From Candidatus Eiseniibacteriota bacterium (GTDB lineage Bacteria; Eisenbacteria; RBG-16-71-46; JABDJR01): a DNA stretch of 64,000 nucleotides. This document shows positions 50,521 to 57,932 of this stretch, in pieces (the first letter of the stretch is position 1; every line of letters starts with the position of its first letter). The stretch lies in NCBI GenBank assembly GCA_963768615.1, contig CAVYIE010000007.1:1356648-1420647 (forward strand). Direction: 5' to 3'. The notes beneath the pieces are model-generated. The model ran no database searches, was not told the origin of the DNA, and was given only the letters and a program-made list of their open reading frames with translations. The position numbers and the translations under genes were made by a program.

Positions 50521-51854
50521 CCGCCTTCCCCTTTCCCCGGCGCCGCCGGCCGTCCCTCCGAGGCGCCCCCGCCCGTGGCGGCCGGCCCCAGCCCCACCCG
50601 GCGCAGCAGCTCCCGCAGGTCCCGCGCCGTGTCCCGGAGCGCATCCCCGGGGGACTTCTGCCCGGTGAGCGCGCGGTGGAGCCCGATCTGGAGCCGCTCC
50701 GAGAGCTGGGTGTAGACCGGGGTCACCGGGCGCGGCCGGGCGGCCTCGATGACCCGCCGGGCCTCGGCCGGGGGCACGGCCAGGGCCGCGGCCAGGCGCG
50801 GGTCGTCGTAGAGGCTCCGGCGGGCCGGATACTGCCCCGCCACCCGCGCCCGCTCCAGCATCTGCGCCGGCCGGGTGAGGTAGTCGATCACCGCCCAGGC
50901 GGCCTCGGGGTGGCGCGACCGGGCGTTGATGGCGAGCTGGGAGCCGCCGAGGCAGGCGGTGGCCCGCCCCCCCGGACCCGCCGGCATGGGGCTCACCCCG
51001 AAGCGTCCCGCCACCCGGGACTTCGTGCTGTCCTCCATGAGCGGGTAGGCGTAGGGCCAGTTCCGCATGAACACCGCCCGGCCGTTCTGGAAGTCGAAGC
51101 GGGTCTCCTCCTCGTGCCAGGTGAGGACCGCCTCCGGGGAGACGTGGAGGCGGTGCACGGCGTCGTTCATGGCCGTGAGCGCCCGCACCGCGGCCGGGGA
51201 ATCCACCACCACCGCGCCCTCCGGATCCAGGATGCGCCCGCCGTAGGCGCCCAGGAACTCCACGAAGACCGTGACCAGCCCCTCGTAGCGCGCTCCCTGC
51301 CACACGAAGCCGTCGGGGACCCCGGCCGAGTCCATGACCGCCCGGGCGTCCCCGAAGAGTTCTTCCAGGGTGCGGGGGGGCCGGGGGACGAGGTCGGTGC
51401 GGCGGTAGAGCATGCCCACGTCCACGAACCAGGGCAGGGCGTAGAGGCGCCCCTTCCAGCGGTCGGCCTCCAGGGCGGCGGGGAAGACGTCGGCGGTGTC
51501 GGGGGCGAAACGGTCCAGGGGGAGGATCCAGCCCGCGGCGGCGAACTCCGGGGTCCAGATCACGTCGAGCTGGAGGATGTCGGGCTCGCTGGCCCCCGCG
51601 TTCAGCCACTGCACGTAGAGCTGGTGGCGCTGGTCGGCGGCGTCGGGGGTCGTCCGCCGTTCCACCCGGATCCCGGGATGGGCGGCCATGAACCGGTCCA
51701 GCTGCCGGTTCAGGACCTCGGCCTCCGCCCCCACCGCGCTCCCGGGGAAGGTGACCACGGTGCCGGATTCCTTCCGGCCGCCGCACCCGGCGGCCAGGGC
51801 CGGGGCCAGGGACAGGGCCAGCAACGCGAGCAGCCCGCGGACGGCGGGGCGCAT
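50517..51854 (-). CDS. Carbohydrate ABC substrate-binding lipoprotein (trehalose/maltose-like)
   Basis: Lipobox AAGC, LDVIWTPEFA, QGARYEGL, FMRNWPYA, RPVTPVY. Confidence 0.92.
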   Translation of the reverse strand: MRPAVRGLLALLALSLAPALAAGCGGRKESGTVVTFPGSAVGAEAEVLNRQLDRFMAAHPGIRVERRTTPDAADQRHQLYVQWLNAGASEPDILQLDVIWTPEFAAAGWILPLDRFAPDTADVFPAALEADRWKGRLYALPWFVDVGMLYRRTDLVPRPPRTLEELFGDARAVMDSAGVPDGFVWQGARYEGLVTVFVEFLGAYGGRILDPEGAVVVDSPAAVRALTAMNDAVHRLHVSPEAVLTWHEEETRFDFQNGRAVFMRNWPYAYPLMEDSTKSRVAGRFGVSPMPAGPGGRATACLGGSQLAINARSRHPEAAWAVIDYLTRPAQMLERARVAGQYPARRSLYDDPRLAAALAVPPAEARRVIEAARPRPVTPVYTQLSERLQIGLHRALTGQKSPGDALRDTARDLRELLRRVGLGPAATGGGASEGRPAAPGKGEGG

Positions 51855-52084
51855 CGGCACCGCGGTTACTCCCGGCGGTCCCGGCTGGGTCGGGCCATGA
51901 CGAGGCTCCTTCGCGCTGTGGAGGTTCGGCGGATCCGGACGCGTCCCCGGCTCCGGCCCCGCGAGGCCGGGGACGGGCGCCGCGGCTGCTTCCATCCTAG
52001 GCGCGGGGTCGGCGGAGGGCAAACCGCGTCCGGCCATCGCGCGACCGGGCCCCGTCTCCCGGCAGCCTGCTAGACTGTCCGGCC

Positions 52085-52915
52085 ATGATCGGCATCCGGA
52101 TCGGCGGCGAGGTGATCCAGATCGAACCCGAGGAGTGGAACCTCTGGGTGCAGGACGGCCGGATCCCCCCCGAAGCCGAGGTCTGGGTGGAGGGACGGGG
52201 CTGGGTGCCGGCCGGGAGCCTCGCCGCCTGGCGGGATGCGGTCCGGACCGCGGCGGCGCCGCCGGAGTCCACCGAGCCCCGCGTGCGGGAGGTGATCTTC
52301 CCCCGCCGGGGGCTCTCGGTGACCGAGGTCCTCCTCCTGGTCAACCTCCTGGTCATGGTGGTCCTGGTGGTGATCCTCCGGGACACCTACCGCATGACCG
52401 TGTACCGCTGGACCACCGGCTGGTGGCACGAGGTCCACGCGCACGGGGCGGCGTGGTGGTGGGTTCCCACCCTCTTCATGCACGCCGGCCCCAGGCACAT
52501 CCTCAGCAACATGTCCGCGCTCCTGGCCACCGCGGGGGCGGTGGAGTTCCTCATGGGGCGCCGGTGGACGGTGGCGGGATACCTCTTCACCGGTCTGGCC
52601 GGAATGGCGCTCTCCTACTACGGACACGGAGGGCCCCCGCTCAGCATCGGCGCCTCGGGGGCGGTGTTCGGCCTCGGGGGCATGACCGCGAGCTTCCTCA
52701 TCCGCCGCTACCGCCGCTTCACCTACCGCCAGCGGTGGAAGGCCCGCCGGGTCTACCTGCCGCTCTTCGTGGCCCTGGTCCTGCCCTCGATCCTGAACGC
52801 GGACTGGATGGGCCACCTGGGCGGCTTCGTCTCCGGCTTCGCCCTGGGGTTCCTGGTCCCGCCCCATGAGCGGGTGCGCGAGCTCATGGCGGAGCAGCGA
52901 CCGCCGGCTCAGTAG
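52085..52915 (+). CDS. Rhomboid intramembrane serine protease with N-terminal GYF_2-like domain
   Basis: FMHAGPRHILSNM, GASGAVFG, GHLGG; N-terminus VQDGRIPPEAEVWVEGRGW. Confidence 0.88.
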   Translation: MIGIRIGGEVIQIEPEEWNLWVQDGRIPPEAEVWVEGRGWVPAGSLAAWRDAVRTAAAPPESTEPRVREVIFPRRGLSVTEVLLLVNLLVMVVLVVILRDTYRMTVYRWTTGWWHEVHAHGAAWWWVPTLFMHAGPRHILSNMSALLATAGAVEFLMGRRWTVAGYLFTGLAGMALSYYGHGGPPLSIGASGAVFGLGGMTASFLIRRYRRFTYRQRWKARRVYLPLFVALVLPSILNADWMGHLGGFVSGFALGFLVPPHERVRELMAEQRPPAQ

Positions 52916-54807
52916 TAGTCCGCCAGCACCAGCCCTTTCACCGTTCCCCCGGCCAGCTCCACCCGGACCTCGGTTCCGGGGGCGCGGCGGGAGAGTTCCA
53001 GGAGGCGCTGCCGGTAGTCCGCTCCCAGGGGGGAGCCGTCCACCGCGATCACCCGGTCCCCCTTCACGATTCCCGCCTTCTCGGCCGGACTCCCCGGGGC
53101 CACCAGGAGCACCTCGCAGCCGCCGTCGCCGGCGGCCTGGAGCGAGAGCCCGGTGCGATTCCGGTCGAAGGGGCGGGAGCCCCACCCCTCCCCCGGCTCC
53201 ACCAGGAGCCGGTCCTGCCCGTAGTCGAAGATCACCCGGAACCGGGAGAGGATCCCCGCCCCCAGGTTCCCGGCCGAGCGCCGGGTGTCGAAGGCCCCCA
53301 CCGCCTCCCGGTGGAAGCCCACGGGGACGTCGTGGAGCACGTAGCCGGCGAAGGTGAACGTCTTCAGCGTCCCCACCTTGGAGACGGTGACCCCGCCCAC
53401 CCCGCCGCTCAGGGCCTCGGAGAGCGGGCGCCGCCCCTCCAGGAGCGCGTGGTCGTCGGTGTAGGCGCGGAAGAGGTCCACCGTCTTGCCGCTCCCGGTG
53501 TCGAGGCCGAAGAGGGCCGGGGGGAGATCCTCCACCTGGGCCTCCACGTTCCGCTGGCCGTCCTCGGCGGCCACGATCCGGACCGGGTGGCCGCTCCCCT
53601 GGTACTCGAAGCGGGAGGGATCGTGGAACCGCAGCCGGCGGCCCGGATAGTCCACCTCCACCACCAGGGCCTGGAAGGCCTCCTTGCCCAGGATCACCGG
53701 AAGCGGACGGCCCAACCGTCCGGCCACCGGCCCCAGGTCCAGCACCGCCGCGGTGAGGCCGTGGAAGGACAGTCCGCCCACGGTGAGGTCCACCCCCTTG
53801 GCGAAGGAAGCGGTGGTCTCGCCCCCGGTGCCCTGGGCGGCCACGTTCCCCGCCGTCTCGAGACCGGCCGCCTCGGCCACCGGGCGGTCGAGCACGGTCA
53901 TCCCCGCCCCCGAATCCAGGACCACGTCGGTGGCGATCCCGTTCACCGTGCCCTGGAGATAGATGTAGGACCCCAGGTAGAGATCCATGGGAATCCAGTC
54001 CGTGGCCGCGGCCCCTCCGGCCAGGGTCCACACCTTGCGCGAGGCCGACGGCCGGGCGAAGGCCTCCGGCGCGAGACCGGTGTTGGCCTCCACCGAGTTC
54101 CACACGAAGACCTCGTCCCGGTCGGGGTTCTCGTGGAAGGTCTCGTGGCGGAAGGGCATCCGCACCCCGGCCACCGGACGCCAGTCGGAGAAGCGGTGCC
54201 AGACGGTGCGGGTGTCGCGGTGCTCCCGGGCCCAGGTCTCGGCCCCGTCGGCCGGGTCCAGGAAGAGGTCCCAGGTGTCGCCGTCGGGGCGGGTGTGGCG
54301 GAGCACCGGCCACTCCCGGCCCGCCTTCGGTTCCGTGCCCAGGTCCTCCCACGCGTCACCGCCGGCGAGAACGGGCACGAAGAAGGTGCGGGCGAGATCG
54401 GCCCGCCCGCGAACCAGCTCGTCCTCCCCCATCGGCTCCACCTGGCCGCTCTCGTTGACCGCCCAGCCCCCCTCGGGGCCGAAGCCCTCGGCCCCGGTCA
54501 CCACCCCCAGGTCGTAGCGGGTGAGCTGGTAGCCGTCGCGGCGGGCCAGCACCTCGAAGGAGCCGGAGAGGCCGGACGCGCTCAGGATGCCGGAGGCGTG
54601 GAGATCCTCCACCGCCCGGAGCCGCTCCGCCCCGCCCAGCCAAGCCACGTGCCGGTCCAGGAGGGCCCGGGTGGAGCCGGCCGGGGACGAGGCGGCGGCC
54701 GGCGCGGCGGAGGGCGCGGGGGCCTGGGGGACCGCGGACGCCGGGGCCGCCCCGGCGGCGGCCAGGGCGAGGACGAGAGCGACGGGAACGTAGGTGGCTT
54801 TCATCAT
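52909..54807 (-). CDS. Secreted double retropepsin-like aspartyl protease with C-terminal PDZ
   Basis: Signal peptide; VLDSGAG and GLDTGSG; ILG/NLG flap motifs; GSPAEKAGIVKGD PDZ. Confidence 0.88.
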   Translation of the reverse strand: MMKATYVPVALVLALAAAGAAPASAVPQAPAPSAAPAAASSPAGSTRALLDRHVAWLGGAERLRAVEDLHASGILSASGLSGSFEVLARRDGYQLTRYDLGVVTGAEGFGPEGGWAVNESGQVEPMGEDELVRGRADLARTFFVPVLAGGDAWEDLGTEPKAGREWPVLRHTRPDGDTWDLFLDPADGAETWAREHRDTRTVWHRFSDWRPVAGVRMPFRHETFHENPDRDEVFVWNSVEANTGLAPEAFARPSASRKVWTLAGGAAATDWIPMDLYLGSYIYLQGTVNGIATDVVLDSGAGMTVLDRPVAEAAGLETAGNVAAQGTGGETTASFAKGVDLTVGGLSFHGLTAAVLDLGPVAGRLGRPLPVILGKEAFQALVVEVDYPGRRLRFHDPSRFEYQGSGHPVRIVAAEDGQRNVEAQVEDLPPALFGLDTGSGKTVDLFRAYTDDHALLEGRRPLSEALSGGVGGVTVSKVGTLKTFTFAGYVLHDVPVGFHREAVGAFDTRRSAGNLGAGILSRFRVIFDYGQDRLLVEPGEGWGSRPFDRNRTGLSLQAAGDGGCEVLLVAPGSPAEKAGIVKGDRVIAVDGSPLGADYRQRLLELSRRAPGTEVRVELAGGTVKGLVLADYY

Positions 54808-55769
54808 CGGGATCCTCCCCGCGGGTTGCGGGTCCTGGAGGGGGTCCGGGGGCGGGCCTTGGAGCCGGCCTTGCCCCCCGTCCCGGTCCGTGTCTTGCGC
54901 TTCGCCGCCGGCCCGGCCCCGGCCCGGGCCCCGGGGTCCGCCTCCCCGAGGCGCCGCCGCAGGTCGGCCAGCCCCGGGGGATCGGCGTTCAGGAGCAGCA
55001 CCGGGTCGGCCTGGAAGTCGCCCCCCGCGCCCGCCCTCCGGGTGAAGGCGATCTCCATGGCCACGTGGTTGTGCTGCAGGCAGGAGAGGAACGTGCTCTG
55101 GCTCCAGAGCGCCTGGTGCACCCCGGCCAGCTCCCGGTCGAAGAGGGCGAGCAGATGCTCCCGCGCGTCCACCACCAGGCTGAGCTGCTGGCCCGGCCAC
55201 CGGGACCGGGCCCGCTCCGGATCCGGCTCCCGGACCAGGTCCACGCCCTTGGCCTCGGCCGGCGCGTACACCTTTGCCGCGGCGCGCACCCCGCGCCCGG
55301 CGGCGGCGGCGAGGTCGTCCCGCAGGAGCGCGAACACCCCGGGGAACACGTCCAGCACCGCGATCACCTCCGCCCGGGCGAGCATGGCCCGGGCCCGTTC
55401 CAGGACCTGCTCCGGGGTGCGCAGGGCGTAGACCCGGTCGTCGGCGTCGGGACGCTCCAGCTCGGCCAGGGCTCCCGCCGCCCGCTCCCGGCGCTCGCGG
55501 AATCCGCGCTCCAGGCGCGCGAGCAGCTCCTCCGCCGGCACCGACCGCACCAGCCGGCTCTCCCCCTCGTCCACCTGCACCGCGCCGCGGGCGGCCAGGG
55601 AGGCCACCGCCTGGTAGGTGTTGGCGGCGGGCTTCCCGATGGCGTGGGCGATGCGGTAGGCGGTGGCCGGCTCGTGCCCCAGCAGGTAGGCGTAGATCCG
55701 CGCCTCCAGGTCCGTGAACCCGAGGTCCCGAAGCACCCGGTGGCCGTCCTTGACATTATTAGTAGTCAT
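54804..55769 (-). CDS. TrmB family transcriptional regulator
   Basis: LGFTDLEARIYAYLL...TAYRIAHAIGKPAANTY wHTH plus effector domain; ATGA overlap with the protease. Confidence 0.9.
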   Translation of the reverse strand: MTTNNVKDGHRVLRDLGFTDLEARIYAYLLGHEPATAYRIAHAIGKPAANTYQAVASLAARGAVQVDEGESRLVRSVPAEELLARLERGFRERRERAAGALAELERPDADDRVYALRTPEQVLERARAMLARAEVIAVLDVFPGVFALLRDDLAAAAGRGVRAAAKVYAPAEAKGVDLVREPDPERARSRWPGQQLSLVVDAREHLLALFDRELAGVHQALWSQSTFLSCLQHNHVAMEIAFTRRAGAGGDFQADPVLLLNADPPGLADLRRRLGEADPGARAGAGPAAKRKTRTGTGGKAGSKARPRTPSRTRNPRGGSR

Positions 55770-55805
55770 AGCTACTAACAATAGCTGGCCACGGTGCGGG
55801 GTCAA
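55756..55805 (-). promoter_or_regulatory. TrmB promoter with palindromic operator over the start codon
   Basis: TTGACC-16-TATTGT-8-ATG; TTAGTAG-N6-CTACTAA at 55759-55778. Confidence 0.65.
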
Positions 55806-55863
55806 GAGGAAAGTGCCGGGGCCGCGGATCCCCCTGGGTGACGGCGCCGCGACCGGCGGGCAG

Positions 55864-55953
55864 GCGGTTTACCCGGGTAAACCGCTTTCCTGGGCCTCGG
55901 CTTTGAACTTCCTTGGACGAAGCGCGTTCCCCGGGAAACAGCCTTGTGTTCGA
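55864..55953. repeat. Dispersed intergenic repeat, copy A, with 22-bp perfect palindrome GCGGTTTACCCGGGTAAACCGC
   Basis: 55873-55953 aligns ungapped to 63455-63535 at 62/81 identities (hand count). Confidence 0.75.
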
Positions 55954-55984
55954 GATGGCGCCGGCACCGCCGGCGTCTCAGTGC

Positions 55985-56313
55985 GGCCGCAGCCGCCCCG
56001 CGAACGACGAGGCAACCTGGACGGCGGCGGGCCGAGCGGCGCAGCCGCGAGGAGGGTCCCGCGCCGGCCAGAGCGAGCCGATAGAACGATCCGGGGGATC
56101 GTTCCGGCGAGCGCTGCCGAGGAGCCGCGGGGCGGAACGGCCGCCTTTGCCCAAGGCCGCAGCCGCCCCGCGAACGACGAGGCAACCTGGACGGCGGCGG
56201 GCCGAGCGGCGCAGGCGCGAGGAGGGTCCCGCGCCGGCCAGAGCGAGCCGATAGAACGATCCGGGGGATCGTTCCGGCGAGCGCTGCCGAGGAGCCGCGG
56301 GGCGGAACGGCCG
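55985..56313. repeat. Tandem duplication of a 159-bp palindromic REP/BIME-like unit
   Basis: 55985-56143 and 56155-56313, one mismatch, 11-bp spacer; terminal IR CCGCCCCGCG/CGCGGGGCGG; inner GAACGATCC/GGATCGTTC. Confidence 0.9.
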
Positions 56314-56318
56314 GCCGC

Positions 56319-57932
56319 CTAGTAGGCCAGCGGCCGCCCGTCGGCGCGCCGGTCGCCGCCCACCGCGTAGCCCCGCCCGGATCCCAGGCTGAGGATGATC
56401 TGCCCCCGCCCGAAGGGGCCGGGGTCGGAGGTGCGGGCCAGGTCGTGGCCGCGGGCGCGCAGGGCGTCGGTGACCGCGCGGTCGAACCCGCGCTCGGCCT
56501 GGACGCGCAACCCGTCCTCCCAGATCCAGCGCGGCAGATCGAGCGCGGTCTGGGGGGGAAGCCCGAAGTCGACCAGGGCCCGCGCCACCTGCACGTGGCC
56601 CTGGGGCTGCATGTGCCCCCCCATCACCCCCATCGGCCCCCAGGGCCGGCCGTCGCGGAACAGGAAGCCGGGAATGATGGTGTGGAACGGGCGCTTGCCC
56701 CCGGCGAGCACGTTCGGGTGGCCGGGCTCCAGGGTGAAGCCCGCGCCGCGATTCTGGAGCGCCACCCCCGCCCGCGGCACCACCACCCCCGAGCCGAAGC
56801 CCATGTAGTTGGACTGGATGAAGCTCACCATCATCCCGTCCCGGTCGGCGGCGACCAGGAACACGGTGCCGTGGTCCCGGGCCAGCCCGCTCGTCCGCGC
56901 CTCGGCCCGCGGCCCGATCGCCCCCCGCCGCCGGGCCAGGTACTCCGGGTCCAGCATCGCCGCCGGCGTCACCCGCAGGTGCCCGGGGTCGGCGACCTCG
57001 GCCCGGGCGTCGGCGAAGGCGAGCTTCACCGCCTCGATGGACGCGTGAAGGGCTTCGGGATCGTCCCAGCGCTCCCCCGCCGGCAACCCGTCCAGGACCC
57101 CCAGCGCGGACAGGGCCACGATGCCCTGCCCGTTGGGGGGGATCTCGAACAGCTCGGCGTCGCGGTAGCGCATGGAGACCGGATCCACCCACAGCGTCTC
57201 GTGGGCGGCGAGGTCATCCAGGGTGAGCATCCCCCCGGTCTCCCCGGCGAAGCGCGCGATCTCCCGGGCCACCCGGCCCCGGTAGAAGTCGTCCCCCTTG
57301 GACCGGGCGATCCGGGCCAGGGTGCGGGCGTGCCCGGCGAGACGCACCGTCTCCCCCGCTTCCGGGGCACGGCCCCCGGGGGCGAAGGTCCGGCCCCAGC
57401 CCGCGAACTCGGGGCCCTCCAGGCCCAGGAACACCTCCGCCGAGCGCTTCCAGTAGTGCGCCACCACCGGGGCCACCGGGTGGCCGGAGTAGGCCAGGTC
57501 CACCGCCGGCCGGAGCACCTCCTCGAAGTCCAGCCGCCCGAACCGGGCGTGGAGGTCGCGCCACAGGGCCACCGCGCCGGGGACGGTGACCGGCCACCAG
57601 CCCCGGGCGGGCATGCGCCCGTGCCCGGCGGCCCGGAGCGCGTCCACCGAGGCCGCCCGGGCCGACCGCCCGCTTCCGTTCAGCCCGTGGAGAGCGCCCT
57701 CGGCCCAGACCAGGGCGAAGGCGTCGGAGCCGAGTCCGTTGCTGGTCGGCTCCACCACGGTGAGCGCCGCGGCCATGGCCACCGCCGCGTCCACCGCGCT
57801 CCCCCCCGAGCGGAGCATGAAGAGCCCCGCTTCCGCGGCCAGGGGATGCGAGGTCGCGCAGGCCCCGTGGGGGCCGTACACGGTCCGGTCCCGCGGCCCG
57901 CCCGCGCCCGCCGCCCCGAAGTCGAACTCCAC
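56319..57932 (-). CDS. ggt: Gamma-glutamyltransferase family protein
   Basis: GGSAVDAA, VVEP..NGLGSD, TVPG, PPNGQG, nucleophile HG-T-VFL, SNYMGFGSG, GGHMQPQG. Confidence 0.93.
   Translation of the reverse strand: MEFDFGAAGAGGPRDRTVYGPHGACATSHPLAAEAGLFMLRSGGSAVDAAVAMAAALTVVEPTSNGLGSDAFALVWAEGALHGLNGSGRSARAASVDALRAAGHGRMPARGWWPVTVPGAVALWRDLHARFGRLDFEEVLRPAVDLAYSGHPVAPVVAHYWKRSAEVFLGLEGPEFAGWGRTFAPGGRAPEAGETVRLAGHARTLARIARSKGDDFYRGRVAREIARFAGETGGMLTLDDLAAHETLWVDPVSMRYRDAELFEIPPNGQGIVALSALGVLDGLPAGERWDDPEALHASIEAVKLAFADARAEVADPGHLRVTPAAMLDPEYLARRRGAIGPRAEARTSGLARDHGTVFLVAADRDGMMVSFIQSNYMGFGSGVVVPRAGVALQNRGAGFTLEPGHPNVLAGGKRPFHTIIPGFLFRDGRPWGPMGVMGGHMQPQGHVQVARALVDFGLPPQTALDLPRWIWEDGLRVQAERGFDRAVTDALRARGHDLARTSDPGPFGRGQIILSLGSGRGYAVGGDRRADGRPLAY

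Noticed and set aside
55806-55830. GAGGAAAGT resembling the RNase P RNA 5' motif
   Set aside because: Continues GCC rather than CC(G), lacks the other conserved regions and abuts the trmB -35 box
55985-56313. Possible CRISPR array
   Set aside because: Two 159-bp units with an 11-bp spacer do not fit repeat-spacer geometry; no cas genes
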